DNA of 64,000 nucleotides from an uncultured delta proteobacterium (GTDB taxonomy: Bacteria > Myxococcota_A > Polyangia > Polyangiales > Polyangiaceae): contig CAWJCS010000006.1 in assembly GCA_963841435.1 (NCBI GenBank), positions 736,001-800,000 on the forward strand, read 5' to 3'. Under the pieces are notes generated by a model that did no database searches, was not told the origin of the DNA, and saw nothing but the letters and a program-made list of their open reading frames with translations. How positions within the stretch are numbered: the first letter of the stretch is position 1; every line of letters begins with the position of its first letter. A program made the translations under genes and the position numbers. Below are positions 1-10,701 of the stretch, piece by piece.

Positions 1-737
1 CCCGAGCCTTCGTCAACGAGGTCATGGTGTACGGCGGAGCGTCGCTTGCGAGCCTGCTCGCGGCGGGGTTCACCTCGCTCGACGCCACGCTGGCGGCTTT
101 CTACGGCATCCCGGGCTTCGAGGGTCCGCGCGTGAGCCTCGCGCGGCAGGGGCGCGTGGGCGTGCTCGAGCAGGCGAGCTTCCTCGCGGCGCACGCCTAC
201 GAAGACGTGACGAGTCCCGTCAAGCGCGGCGACTTCGTGCTGCGGCGCGTGCTGTGCGTCGATCTACCTCGGCCCGGTGAGGTCGGTATCGACACGACCA
301 TGCCCCCTCGCGACGACTCGACGACGACCCGGGCGCGCTTTGCCGCGCACACGAGCTCGCCGGATTGCCGGTCGTGCCACGCCGCGATCGATCCGCTGGG
401 ATTCAGCTTCGAAGGGTTCGACGCTGCGGGGCGCCGGCGGACGCAAGAGCAGGGGCACCCGATCATGACGGGCGGCGAAGTCACGCTTTTTGGCAGGAAA
501 TTTCACTTCGAGAACAGCGCCGAGCTCTCGACCGAGCTCGCGCGGCTGCCCGAGGCACGCAGCTGTTTCGCGAAGCACGCCTTGCGCTACCTCACGGGTC
601 GCCGCTCGGCCGCCGCGGAAGACTGGTTCGGCGAGCTCATCGACACGCTCCCCGAAACCCGGCGGGACAGTCTTCTCGAGTGGGTCGTTGCCTGGGTACG
701 GAGCCCTGAGTTCGTGCTGCGGAGGCGACCGTCTTGA
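1..737 (+). CDS. DUF1592/DUF1588/DUF1585 (PSD/PSCyt) domain protein, 3' part; start lies upstream of the window
   Basis: SPVKRGDFV...TTRARFAAH...CRSCHAAIDPLGFSFEGFD pattern; adjacent to a DUF1552 gene as is typical for this family. Confidence 0.85.
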   Translation, partial: RAFVNEVMVYGGASLASLLAAGFTSLDATLAAFYGIPGFEGPRVSLARQGRVGVLEQASFLAAHAYEDVTSPVKRGDFVLRRVLCVDLPRPGEVGIDTTMPPRDDSTTTRARFAAHTSSPDCRSCHAAIDPLGFSFEGFDAAGRRRTQEQGHPIMTGGEVTLFGRKFHFENSAELSTELARLPEARSCFAKHALRYLTGRRSAAAEDWFGELIDTLPETRRDSLLEWVVAWVRSPEFVLRRRPS

Positions 738-2080
738 GCTCGGCTCGTCGTCGTTTCCTGCTCGCGCTCGGTGCCGCGCTCTTGCCCCGCGAGGCCTGGG
801 CGGACGCCCCGGCGCCCGTGGCGCCCTCGGGTGCTCGGGCCGCTTCGGCCACACGTTTCGTCGCGGTGTACATGCCGCACGGGCGCGCGGCCGAGCTGTT
901 TCTCCCCCGTCCCGGCTTCGTCCTCGACTACGAGGACTCGAGCCTTGCGCCCCTCGACGACCCCGAGCACTACGGCCGCTCGTTTCGCAACGAACTGGTC
1001 GTCATCGACGGTCTCGACCTGGCAGCGGGCTTCTTGACCGGCAACGTGGGACACGACGCGCCGCGCGTGCTCTTCACGGGCGCGGGCGCGAACGGCAAGA
1101 ACGCCTCGCTCGATCAGTTTCTCGCCGTCAACCAGCGCCTCGGTCGGGCGACGCCATTGCCGAGCCTCGTCCTCGCCGTGGGCAACGACGACCGGGGCCC
1201 GTCGAGCTCGGTCAGTTACGGTCGCGGTGGCGTCCCGCTCCCCAAGCTGATCCATCCCGCGGCGACCTTCGACGCGCTCTTCGGCGCTGCCCTCGTGGGG
1301 TCCCCGGAGGCCGCGGCGGCCCGGCGTCGGCGCGCCATGAGCGCGCTGGATTTCCAGGGCGCCGAGCTCCGCCGTTTGCGGGCGCTCGCGCCGGCAGCCG
1401 AGCGAGAAAAGCTCGAGCACCACCAGACCGCGCTGCGCGACCTCGAGCGGCGCCTGGAACCGCTCGACGCATCGTGCGCGCCGCCTCGGGTGACGCGCGA
1501 AGCGTTCCCGCGCTACCGCGCCTACGGGGGTGGCGAGCCGTACTTCGACGCCATCACCGATCTGCAGCTCGAGCTCCTCGTGCGCGGGTTCGCGTGCGAC
1601 ATCACGCGCTTCGCGACGATCATGCTCGCCGACCTCTCGCGCACCGGCCTCGATCCGGCGCTGCCGAACGACGTGCACCAGGACGTTGCGCATCGCTACG
1701 TCGCTCGCGACGACACGCGCCCCGGTGACCCCGCGACGTGGCGAGCGCTCGCGCGGCAGAACCGCTACAGCATCTCCAAGGTTGCGCGCCTTCTTGCCCT
1801 GCTCGATCGACAGGGACTGGGCGGTGACACGCTCGTCCTCGCGAGCTCCGACATGGGCGATCCGGCGCGCCACAGCTCGCGCTCGGTGCCGACGCTCCTC
1901 TTCGGCGGGGGTGTGCGCGGCGGGCGGCTCGTCGCGCTCGACGATCGCGAGCGCGTGACCGCACAGCGCCTTTTCCCGAACAACCGCTTGCTCGCTCGGC
2001 TCTGCCATTGCTTCGGCGTGATGGTGACTCGCTTCGGCGACTCGATCCCCGAGATCAACGAAGGCGTGCTCGAGATCTGA
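734..2080 (+). CDS. DUF1552 (HXXSHH) family protein with twin-arginine-like leader
   Basis: RRRFLLALG leader, RFVAVYMPHG, SLDQFLA, LRDLERRL, FACDITR; TTGA overlap with the upstream gene. Confidence 0.85.
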   Translation: MSSARRRFLLALGAALLPREAWADAPAPVAPSGARAASATRFVAVYMPHGRAAELFLPRPGFVLDYEDSSLAPLDDPEHYGRSFRNELVVIDGLDLAAGFLTGNVGHDAPRVLFTGAGANGKNASLDQFLAVNQRLGRATPLPSLVLAVGNDDRGPSSSVSYGRGGVPLPKLIHPAATFDALFGAALVGSPEAAAARRRRAMSALDFQGAELRRLRALAPAAEREKLEHHQTALRDLERRLEPLDASCAPPRVTREAFPRYRAYGGGEPYFDAITDLQLELLVRGFACDITRFATIMLADLSRTGLDPALPNDVHQDVAHRYVARDDTRPGDPATWRALARQNRYSISKVARLLALLDRQGLGGDTLVLASSDMGDPARHSSRSVPTLLFGGGVRGGRLVALDDRERVTAQRLFPNNRLLARLCHCFGVMVTRFGDSIPEINEGVLEI

Positions 2081-2131
2081 GCGGGCGGTCACGCTCGGCC
2101 GGCGCCTTTCGTCGTGCTAGAAGATCGGACG

Positions 2132-3280
2132 ATGGCACGGCGCTTGGCTTTCATCCTTTGGCCTTTGTGTGCGCTCGGCGCCAGCGGATGGGGCTGCTCG
2201 CCCTCGGCGTCGGGCAACGACCCTGGGGGCGGTGCAGCGGGCGGGGCCGGCGGTGCAGCGGGCGCGGCGGGTGGCGCCGCCGGTAGCGCTGCAGGCTCGC
2301 TCGCGGGCGGCGCCGGTGTCGGAGGCGCGGGCGGCATGGGCGCGACGGGTGGCACGAGTGGCCTCGGCGGGGCGGGTGGTAGCGGTGACGCGGGTGCGGG
2401 CGGTCAGGCCGCCGGCGGCGCGGGTGTCGGAGGTGGAGGTGGCATCGGTGGCGACGCGGGCACCGCTGGCGCCGGCGCTGGTGCAGGCGGCGATGTCTCC
2501 GGCGCGAGCGGGTCGGGTGGCGTGGCTGCGAGCGGCGGAACGAGTGGGGGCGCGGGCAACGCCGGCACGTCGGGCACGGGGGGCGCGCCGGCGGACCCGT
2601 GCGACATCAGCGGCAAGATCCTGTGCGAGGATTTCGAATCGGAGGCGCTTGGCTCGCTGCCCAGCGACGCTCCCTTCGCAGCGCGCAACTGCTTCGACAC
2701 GACCAACACCCTGAAGGTCGATGCTGGAGCGCACCATGGTGGCTCGCAGGCGCTGCTCGGCATGAACATCCCCTACGCTGACTGCCAGGTGCACGCGGAT
2801 CTCGGTGCCTCGCTCACCGAATATTGGGTGCGCGCCTGGGTCTACTACGGCGGCGCCGCGCCCACGGCTTCGACGCACGAGGTGACCGTTTTCGAGCTCG
2901 TTCCCGCGGCCAGCACGGACGATCCGTCGATTCGCGTCGGCTACCGGGGAGATACCTGCATGCCGATCGGCGTCGAGCTCAACATCACGGGCGGGGGGCA
3001 GGAAGAAACGGGCTGCACCGGCGCCGTTCCCGTGGCGGACACCTGGTACTGCTACGTCCTGCACGTGCAGCAGGCATCGAGCAGCGTCACGACCGACCTC
3101 TCGATCGACGGCGTCGATCAGTCGTACACGAACCACGGCAACCCTCAGACGGAGATCACCTCGCAGGTGGCCAATGTCCGCTACTTGCGGCTCGGCCCGC
3201 GCTCGTACTCCGGCAACTTCGCGAACCCGATCTACGTGGACGACGTTGCCGTGGCGACCGCGCCGCTCACGTGCGACTGA
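2132..3280 (+). CDS. Lipoprotein with Gly-rich linker and C-terminal beta-sandwich (polysaccharide lyase/Cip1-like) domain
   Basis: Lipobox GWGC, long GA linker, LCEDFES...IYVDDVAV frame. Confidence 0.65.
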   Translation: MARRLAFILWPLCALGASGWGCSPSASGNDPGGGAAGGAGGAAGAAGGAAGSAAGSLAGGAGVGGAGGMGATGGTSGLGGAGGSGDAGAGGQAAGGAGVGGGGGIGGDAGTAGAGAGAGGDVSGASGSGGVAASGGTSGGAGNAGTSGTGGAPADPCDISGKILCEDFESEALGSLPSDAPFAARNCFDTTNTLKVDAGAHHGGSQALLGMNIPYADCQVHADLGASLTEYWVRAWVYYGGAAPTASTHEVTVFELVPAASTDDPSIRVGYRGDTCMPIGVELNITGGGQEETGCTGAVPVADTWYCYVLHVQQASSSVTTDLSIDGVDQSYTNHGNPQTEITSQVANVRYLRLGPRSYSGNFANPIYVDDVAVATAPLTCD

Positions 3281-3550
3281 CTCGCCCTTTTCGCCACACC
3301 CAACGCTCCCCACAGCAAAAGGGGCGCGCCTCAGCCGAAGACGAAAAGTCGTCGATCTGCGGTCAGGGGCGAATTTTCCACCTGGGTTGCGTGAAAAACC
3401 TCGCCGGTCTTGCGAAATGACGACAGGCCCCCGGGTTTAGGGGCGGCGGCCCATACGCAGCGGCCGGTGCGGGCATTCCTTTTGCGACTCCCCGAGCATC
3501 CCCGCGCCGCGGGGTTTCGGTGCGAGCCGCCTGCTCGGAAGCCGCCACGC

Positions 3551-4546
3551 GTGAACGCTCAGATTCTCATCGACGCCTTGGTGCGCCAGACGATGGTTCT
3601 CCTCGCCCAACTCTCCACTGCAGACGGCGTCCGCTCGCCGCTTTCGCACATCGCCGACGAAGTGTTCGTCGGGCTCGTGCGCGAGCTCGAGCGACAGAAG
3701 CTCGGCAAGAAGGTGATCGCCGACATGTTCGGCCTGGCGCTGCGCTCCTACCAGCAGAAGGTGCAGCGCCTGAGCGAGTCGGTAACGAGCCGCGGCATCA
3801 CCCTCTGGGGTGCCGTTCACGCGTTCCTCGCCGAGCGAGAATCCGCGAGCCGGGGCGAGGTGCTCGGCCACTTCAAGCACGACGAGCAGGGCAAGGTCCG
3901 CAGCATCCTGAACGACCTGGTCGACACCGGGCTCGTTCGTCGGAGCGGGCGCGGGCGCGATATCCGTTACCGCGTGGCGACTGCCGAAGAGCTCGAAGAG
4001 CTCGGCGCGAGCGAGGCGGGCGATTCCGAGGCGACGAACGCCGCGCTCGTGTGGGTGCACCTCTATCCCGCGAGTCCGATGAAAGTGCAGCGTCTCGCTG
4101 AGGTGGTCGGGCTGTCCGACGCCGCATTCGAGGACGCCATCGAGCTACTCGTGGCGGACGAACGCATTAGGCTCGAGACCCGCCCCGACGGTACGTACTG
4201 CGTCACGGACCGCTGCTTGATCCCGGTCGGGGAAGCGGCGGGCTGGGAAGCGGCGGTCGTGGATCACCATCGCGCCGTGCTCAACGCGCTCGCGGCAAAG
4301 GTCGTCAACGGCAAGCACGTCTCCGCGGCCGCCGATCAGGTCGGAGGGACCACGTTGACGTTCGACCTCTGGCCCGGCCATCCGCGTGAGCCGCAGGTAC
4401 AACGTCTACTCGCTGCGGTGCGGAGCCAGGTCATCCCGTTGTGGGACGAGGTGGCGGCCTACAACCGCCAGCACAGGCCCGACAACAGCTACACCGTCAC
4501 GTTTTATTGCGGACAAAACCTCACGGAGGAGATCCCGGACCCATGA
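3551..4546 (+). CDS. Putative winged-helix transcriptional regulator
   Basis: GTG start (VNAQILIDAL); HTH-like KKVIADMFGLALRSYQQKV and wHTH-like ILNDLVDTGLVRR segments. Confidence 0.6.
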   Translation: MNAQILIDALVRQTMVLLAQLSTADGVRSPLSHIADEVFVGLVRELERQKLGKKVIADMFGLALRSYQQKVQRLSESVTSRGITLWGAVHAFLAERESASRGEVLGHFKHDEQGKVRSILNDLVDTGLVRRSGRGRDIRYRVATAEELEELGASEAGDSEATNAALVWVHLYPASPMKVQRLAEVVGLSDAAFEDAIELLVADERIRLETRPDGTYCVTDRCLIPVGEAAGWEAAVVDHHRAVLNALAAKVVNGKHVSAAADQVGGTTLTFDLWPGHPREPQVQRLLAAVRSQVIPLWDEVAAYNRQHRPDNSYTVTFYCGQNLTEEIPDP

Positions 4547-4659
4547 ACCACCCGAAGCACTACTACGGAGTGCCGTCGCCGCTCGGTTGCATCGAGCTTG
4601 GCTGCGAGCCCTCGTTTACCGACACCGCTGACAGTCAGACCAACTGGCTCCGCGCATGA
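4543..4659 (+). pseudogene. Short ORF, possible truncated lipoprotein gene remnant
   Basis: ATGA overlap with the regulator; degenerate lipobox (ELGC) followed by DSQTNWLRA and a stop. Confidence 0.3.
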
Positions 4660-4754
4660 TCCGCGGCGCCGTGCGTGCCCGCCCTGGGGGCCGCATTAGG
4701 CCGTCGTTCCCCGCGCCCGGCTAGCCGTCCTCACGCGCCGGACGGCGCAGCGGC

Positions 4755-5816
4755 TCACTCACAGGGCTCGAGAATCGAGATCGACCACGGCGCGGGGTTG
4801 TTGCAGGCCTTCGTGCAAAAGAGCGCGACGACCCAGGTACCGTCGGCGTCCACACCGGGAAATGTCGCGTCGTTCTCGTCCAGAAGCGCCCCGAGGTCGA
4901 TGCTCGTGCCGGCCGTCACCGGCCCCGACCACCAGCCGTCTGCGAATCCCTCGAGGTCGAGGAAGCGTGCTTCGAGCTCGGAAAGCGAATCGGTCGGGAA
5001 GTGCGCGACGACGGCTTCGGTGACCTGGGTCGGCAGGTACTCGTTGCCGAGCGCGGTCTCGGTCATTTGGCTCCAGTCGATCGTCAGCGAGGGCTCGGCC
5101 GCGGGGACGGCAATCGGCTCGATGCGCCCCAGATCGATGGTGTAGTCGAGGGTCGTCGAATCGTTCGTGAGGGCGAGCGCCGTCTGGCTCGCGTTCGGAT
5201 CGATGGTGAAGAGCGAGAGCATTCTCGCGCCCTTGCCGAGCTCCGTGCCCGTGCTCCCCATGATCATGAAGGTGTGCTGGTCCTGGGGGTACTCGAAGTC
5301 GGGGTTGTTCGTGTCGAAGCGCTTCCAGATTTCCGTTTCGTCGGGGAGCGGATTGCCGAGTAGCCCGAAGCCGAGCAGATTGAGCGACGTGTACGACCCG
5401 TCGGGGTAGGTCATGATCGCGCCCTCGCTGGCGCTTCGCTCGAGCATGTCGTGATCCAGGCTCTGTTCGATCTCGTCGGGGGTCAGGTTCCAGAGCGAGA
5501 TCAGGACCAGGTCGATGTCAACGGCGGGGTCCATCGACTTCCCGAAGAAGTCTCGCGTGAGGCCGCCCCAATCGAACGTGAGATCGGTGGCGTCCTTCAG
5601 CGTCGTCCGCTCGATGCTCATCGAGGTCGAGAACGTATAATTCCCCTGGTCGTGAATCGAAAACTGGACGGGGCCGGGGCCGCACGCCGTGGGCACGGGC
5701 GGGTTGCCCGGGCTCGGCTCGTCGGTGCCGCCACACGCGAGCGCGAGGAGTGAAAGGAGCGCGAAGCTCAGGGGTCGTTTCTGGGTCGCCCTCGCGGGCC
5801 GCTCGGTCGCGCTCAT
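4755..5816 (-). CDS. Hypothetical lipoprotein
   Basis: Lipobox LALAC, coding-like composition, ends CTKACNNPAPW; lies 49 bp downstream of the ASST-like gene. Confidence 0.7.
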   Translation of the reverse strand: MSATERPARATQKRPLSFALLSLLALACGGTDEPSPGNPPVPTACGPGPVQFSIHDQGNYTFSTSMSIERTTLKDATDLTFDWGGLTRDFFGKSMDPAVDIDLVLISLWNLTPDEIEQSLDHDMLERSASEGAIMTYPDGSYTSLNLLGFGLLGNPLPDETEIWKRFDTNNPDFEYPQDQHTFMIMGSTGTELGKGARMLSLFTIDPNASQTALALTNDSTTLDYTIDLGRIEPIAVPAAEPSLTIDWSQMTETALGNEYLPTQVTEAVVAHFPTDSLSELEARFLDLEGFADGWWSGPVTAGTSIDLGALLDENDATFPGVDADGTWVVALFCTKACNNPAPWSISILEPCE

Positions 5817-5864
5817 GTTCTCCTCGAAGCTTGCTCGTCGCCTGCGTTGCTCGGCACGAAGAGC

Positions 5865-7336
5865 TCAGCGGTCGAAGGGCGGGGGTGGCCCATACAGCGT
5901 CGCCCGGTGCTCGGTGTAGCCGAGCAGCACGTTGACCTCGACCTCGCGCAGGAGGTCGAGCGTGGAGCTAAGCTCGTGGATGGTGCTCACACTCGAGTAG
6001 GTCACGTAGAAATTGCCGTTGGGAAGCTCCTTCACGTCACCGAAGGCCACCGAGGCGAGGCCGGAGCTGTACTCCGGAAGCGCCGTTGCCGTTGCGTTCT
6101 GAAGATCGTACTGGAAGCGAAGCACGCTCGATCCTCGGCTCGTGCCGTTGTTGTTGAAGATCGCGATGTGGTCTGCGCGCACGTCGTGTCCGTGCTGGCC
6201 GTTCCAGCTCATGCCGGGAAACGTGCTGTCGGTGCCGCCGAACACACCGAGCAGCGAGCCTGCCGGGTAGCTGACGAGCGCGATGCTGTTGATGAAGTAC
6301 ATCGAGAAGGAGAGCGCATCGAGCTCGGGCACGTAGTTGATCTGATTCGTGTGCCCTCCGCGGTCGGCCGCGAGGTCGAAATCGGTGAGCTCGTCGTAGA
6401 TCAGCGTCGAATGGCCCGTCGTGGGATCGAGCTCGAAGATGGACTCGGGCGCCTGTCCGGAACCACCGTTGTTCCGCGCGAAGTAAACGACGTGGTCGTT
6501 CGGCAAGATGGCAAAGTCGTGGCTCCGCCCCGGCAAGCTGAAGTCCTCGGCGGTGCCGAGGCCGTCCATCGTCACCCGGCTGAGGGCGCCCGTGGCGCTG
6601 AAGTTGCCGAAGCTCCCGGCCCACATCGACGTTCCGTCGAGCGACATGCGCGCGCGCGTGCAACCCCGGGCGGCCGTGCTCGACATGTCGAGCGCCCAGA
6701 CCGGATCGCCGTCCTTGTCGAAGATGAAGACCCAAGTGGGCTCCGACCCAACGTCGGAGAGCGTGTCGTACCCCGTGCACGCCACGGTGAATCCGCCTGC
6801 CGCGTAGAGGGCGCCGGCGTCATGGTCCGTGACGGTCTCGATGGGAAGACCGTTCGGCAAGAATCCCGTGTCCACGCTGTAGACGTTGCTCGTGTACGTT
6901 TGCCCGCCGCCCTGCGCGACGACGCGCAGATAGTAGGTGGTCTTCGGCTTCATCCCGAGCAACAGCGTGCGGTAGCTCGGCTCCGAGAGATCGACCGGCG
7001 CCTGGTACTCGAAGGCGTTCTGGTCGCGGCCGAACTCGATGGTTGCGCTCGAGAATCGACGCGTCGATCGACCACGCGACGATGCCGACCGTCGCGATCG
7101 CCGTGCTCAACGAGAACGTCGACCGTGAAGCGGTCGCCATTGGTCGCGCCGCTACTGCCTCCCGAGCCGCTCGCGGAGCCACCCTTTCCTCCCGAGGTGC
7201 CGCCGGCGGCCGGTGCGCCGCCGGCGCCCGCCGCGGAGGCGTCGTCATCAGCCGAGCCGCAGCCGGGCAAGGGGGCGACCATGGTGAGAAAGGTAAGCAA
7301 TCCGAGGGCCGCCCGCTGATACCCGGGGGCTCTCAC
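5865..7336 (-). CDS. Arylsulfotransferase (ASST)-like beta-propeller lipoprotein with two apparent +1 frameshifts (about 7115 and 7055)
   Basis: Three frames join as lipobox LPGC, Gly linker, FTVDV|SLSTAIATVGIVAWSIDAS|SSATIEFG, LGMKPKTTYY; SHDF, HTN, QHGH and ELPNGN motifs. Confidence 0.65.
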
Positions 7337-7499
7337 CGCATGGAGGGATCCAGACACCTCGAAAGAGTAACCGGGACGTGATGTTTCGTGCGAGCGCGGC
7401 ACCTTGTGCTTCAATATGTGGAAATAATTCACTCTTTTTAGTCGGTTGCCTGGCGCTGCGCGGGCGAGGGGTGTGAAAATCGCTCGCCCCCTGCCGCAT

Positions 7500-7720
7500 A
7501 GCGAACGGCCGCCGACTGCGGGTGCCGGGGGCGCGGGGGCGGGTCGCGCCGGAGCGGGCGTAGCCGGAGCGGGCGGCGCCGGAGCGGGCGGCGCCGGAGC
7601 GGGCAGGGGCGAGCTCACGCTGACGAGCCCGACCATATGGAAGGCGCGAAGCGTGCCGGCGAGCTTAGCTGCGCGCTTGGGGCTTCAACGGCAGCATCAT
7701 GCCGGAGCTCGACTCGGCTC
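7500..7720 (+). pseudogene. Degenerate 5' fragment of a YbhB/YbcL (PEBP)-like lipoprotein gene
   Basis: Gly/Ala linker with GCCGGAGCGGGCGGC repeats, then ELTLTSPT / MEGAK / ELSC / SIMPELD spread over shifting frames. Confidence 0.4.
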
Positions 7721-7837
7721 CCGGGTCTCTCGGAGGCGTCCTCTCGCCTCGTGGTACATTGCCTTCGCGGAGAAGCCCGGTACTTGGCGTTGTTTGGTAC
7801 GGAAGAGCACGCGCGCGCGGGCGCGCCAACGTCGCCT

Positions 7838-9670
7838 TTGCGCTGCTCGTCGCGGGCGCGCTCCACGGTGCTGGTTGGGCTCGTCGCGCTTTCCTCCCCC
7901 GCCTGGGCGCAGGCGCCCGCGAGTGTGAGCGTGTCCGTCAACGCAACCGCGGCCGGGGCCCCGCTCGAGCGCGTGTGGCCTTTTTACGGGTACGACGAGA
8001 TCAACTACACGACCGTGCCGGAAGGAAAGGCGCTGCTCGACGCCCTCGTCGCCGCGCACAGCGCACCCGTGCACGTGCGCAGTCATTTTCTCCTCAACAC
8101 GGGAGACGGCACGCCGGCGCTGAAATGGGGATCGACGAACGTCTACACCGAGGATGCCGACGGTAACCCGGTTTACAGTTGGACACTGACCGACGGGATC
8201 ATGGACAGCATCACCGCGGCCGGCGCGTTCCCGTTCGTAGAGCTCGGTTTCATGCCCGAGGCGCTCTCCACTCACCCGAACCCTTACGAGAACTCCAGCA
8301 CCACGTTGCTCGATGGTGGGTGCTTCTATCCCCCGACCGACCACACGAAGTGGGCGGGGCTCGTTCGCGAGTGGGCGACGCACGCGATGGGGCGCTACCC
8401 CAACGTCGCGGCGAGCTGGCTGTGGGAGCTGTGGAACGAGCCCGACCTCGGCTACTGGCACGGCACCGTCAACGACTACGCCAAACTCTACGACTACACG
8501 GAATCCGCGCTACACGAGGTCATCCCCGACGCGGCGCTCGGTGGTCCGGCGGTGGCGGGCCCCGCCGGCAGCTTCCTGAAGCAATTCCTGGAGCACTGCG
8601 CGACCGGCACCAACGCCGTCACGGGCGAAACCGGCACGCGCCTCGACCTCGTGACGTTTCACGCGAAGGGCGGGGTGGGCGTCAGCGACGGCCACGTCCA
8701 GATGGACCTCGGCAACCAGCTCCGACTTCACCGCTACGGCTTCGGCGCCGTCGCTGCTTTCCCCCAATTCGAACGGATGCCCATCTACATCACCGAGGCG
8801 GATCCCGACGGATGTGCCGCCTGCCCGGCGAGCACCACGCCCGCGGACGAATACCGCAACTCCACGGCCTACGGCGCGTACGAGCTCGCGATGATGAAGC
8901 ACAGCATCGAGCTTGGGGCCGAGACGGGTGTAAAGCTCGGCGGCCTGCTCTCCTGGGCGTTCACGTTCCCCGGCACGCCCTATTTCGCGGGGTATCGCAC
9001 GCTCGCCACGAACGGCATCAACCTGCCCGTGCTGAGCGCGTTCAAGCTGCTGGGTCGCCTCGCCGGGACCCGCCTGCCGCTCGCCAGCAGCGGGGCGATC
9101 GGCCTCGACGACGTTGTCACGAACGGGGTGCGCGGCGAACCGGAGGTCAACGGTATCGCCGCGCTGGACGGCGACGCCATGCGGATCCTCCTGTGGAACT
9201 ACCACGATGACCTCGTGCCGGTCCCTGCGACGCCGGTGCACCTCGCGGTCAAGGTGCCAAAAAGCTTCGGATCCGGCGCGCGCGTCTCGCACCTGCGCGT
9301 CGACGAGTCGCACGGCGATGCGTACACCGTTTGGGTGTCGCAAGGCATGCCGGCGAGCCCGTCGGCGTCGCAAATTGCGGCCTTGCGGCAGGCCATGGAG
9401 CCGTCTTCGTTGGTCCCGGACCGCACGGTTGCGGTGGCGGCGGACGGTACCGTCGGCATCGACTTCGACTTGCCGCGATTCGGCGTGTCTCTCCTCACGA
9501 TGATCCCCGCGGTGGATGTCAGCGACGGCGGCACGGACACCGGCCGGCCGAGTGGGTGCGCGTGTCGCGTCACCGGTCGCCGCGACGACGCGGAAACCTC
9601 GGGGTCGCTGCTCACGGTGAGCGGCCTGATTCTCGTCGTGCTCGCGCGTCGACGAAGAGCGCTCCGCTGA
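7838..9670 (+). CDS. GH39 family beta-xylosidase with MYXO-CTERM-like tail; start approximate
   Basis: FYGYDE, PFVELGFMP, WELWNEPD (acid/base), ITEADPDGCAAC; C-terminal GCAC, hydrophobic helix, RRRR. Confidence 0.88.
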   Translation: MRCSSRARSTVLVGLVALSSPAWAQAPASVSVSVNATAAGAPLERVWPFYGYDEINYTTVPEGKALLDALVAAHSAPVHVRSHFLLNTGDGTPALKWGSTNVYTEDADGNPVYSWTLTDGIMDSITAAGAFPFVELGFMPEALSTHPNPYENSSTTLLDGGCFYPPTDHTKWAGLVREWATHAMGRYPNVAASWLWELWNEPDLGYWHGTVNDYAKLYDYTESALHEVIPDAALGGPAVAGPAGSFLKQFLEHCATGTNAVTGETGTRLDLVTFHAKGGVGVSDGHVQMDLGNQLRLHRYGFGAVAAFPQFERMPIYITEADPDGCAACPASTTPADEYRNSTAYGAYELAMMKHSIELGAETGVKLGGLLSWAFTFPGTPYFAGYRTLATNGINLPVLSAFKLLGRLAGTRLPLASSGAIGLDDVVTNGVRGEPEVNGIAALDGDAMRILLWNYHDDLVPVPATPVHLAVKVPKSFGSGARVSHLRVDESHGDAYTVWVSQGMPASPSASQIAALRQAMEPSSLVPDRTVAVAADGTVGIDFDLPRFGVSLLTMIPAVDVSDGGTDTGRPSGCACRVTGRRDDAETSGSLLTVSGLILVVLARRRRALR

Positions 9671-9817
9671 CGGCGGGTCGAGGGTTGGCGCCTTCCCGCA
9701 GGGCTGGCGAGGCGATGGCGGATAGGTGATCACTCGGCCTTGTGCCCGGCAACCTGTAACGGTTCGACAATCTTGCTTCCCGATGTCGGAAGCTCCCTCG
9801 CGGAAGGAAACGCTTCG

Positions 9818-10645
9818 ATGAAGGTCAGCTCGGTCGCGCTGGTGATGGGCGTAATATTCGGAATGATTTCGAGCGCATGCAGCACCGCCGACTCGGGAGG
9901 CCCCGCGGAAACGGGCGGCTCGTCTGGCACGGGCGCGACGGCGGGCACGGGTGGTAGCAGTGGCGCAGCGGCCGGCACGGGTGGAAGCAGCGGCGCAGCG
10001 GCGGGCACGGGTGGAAGCAGCGGCGCAGCGGCGGGCACGGGTGGAAGCAGCGGCGCAGCGGCCGGCACGGGTGGAAGCAGTGGCGCAGCGGCGGGCACGA
10101 GCGGAAGCGCTGGCAGCGGGGGCGCCGCAGCCGGCACGGGCGGGAGCGCGGGCGGCGGCGAGGGCACCGCGGTCACGACGCTGAGCGGCACCACGCCGGT
10201 GAACGCGCTCACGCCGGACGAGGCCACGAAGCTCTGCGACGACACCTTTGCGTACTTCGGAAGCGCGATCCCCCTCGCGATCGCGTGCAAGTGGCAAGGG
10301 CTGGCGTATGCGGCATCGAGCAGCGCACCCACGGAGGAACAGCTGCGCACCAACTGCACGAGCCACGAGGCGTCCTGCCAAGACGCTGGGGGAGCCAACT
10401 ACAATCCCAGCTGCAGCGAGATCCCTTCGACCTGCACGGCGACGGTGGCGGAGTACTCCGATTGCATCACCGAAGAGGTCGCCGCCTTCACCGAGACGGT
10501 GACCGGGCTCATCACCTGCGACGTGATCACGCGCGACGCCACGAGCGCGATCTTCGAAGCCATGGCGCCCACGCCGCCGCCCAGCTGCGAGTCGCTCAGC
10601 AACGCGTGCCCGGACCTCTATCCACCGAGCCCCAGTAGCAACTAG
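9818..10645 (+). CDS. Cys-rich lipoprotein with Gly/Ser repeat linker
   Basis: GAAGGA RBS, lipobox SSAC, repeated AAAGTGGSSG, Cys-rich C-terminal domain. Confidence 0.75.
   Translation: MKVSSVALVMGVIFGMISSACSTADSGGPAETGGSSGTGATAGTGGSSGAAAGTGGSSGAAAGTGGSSGAAAGTGGSSGAAAGTGGSSGAAAGTSGSAGSGGAAAGTGGSAGGGEGTAVTTLSGTTPVNALTPDEATKLCDDTFAYFGSAIPLAIACKWQGLAYAASSSAPTEEQLRTNCTSHEASCQDAGGANYNPSCSEIPSTCTATVAEYSDCITEEVAAFTETVTGLITCDVITRDATSAIFEAMAPTPPPSCESLSNACPDLYPPSPSSN
9941..10100 (+). repeat. Coding tandem repeat, 30-bp unit, about 5 copies (AAAGTGGSSG)
   Basis: GCGGGCACGGGTGGAAGCAGCGGCGCAGCG repeated with few substitutions. Confidence 0.9.
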
Positions 10646-10701
10646 CGACGGGACCCCTCGTCGCGTGAGGTCGGCGTCCCTGAACCGGAGCGCGCGGGTG
10701 G

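Noticed and set aside
9941-10100. 30-bp repeats as a possible CRISPR array
   Set aside because: Head-to-tail units with no spacers, in frame within a Gly/Ser linker, and no cas genes in the window
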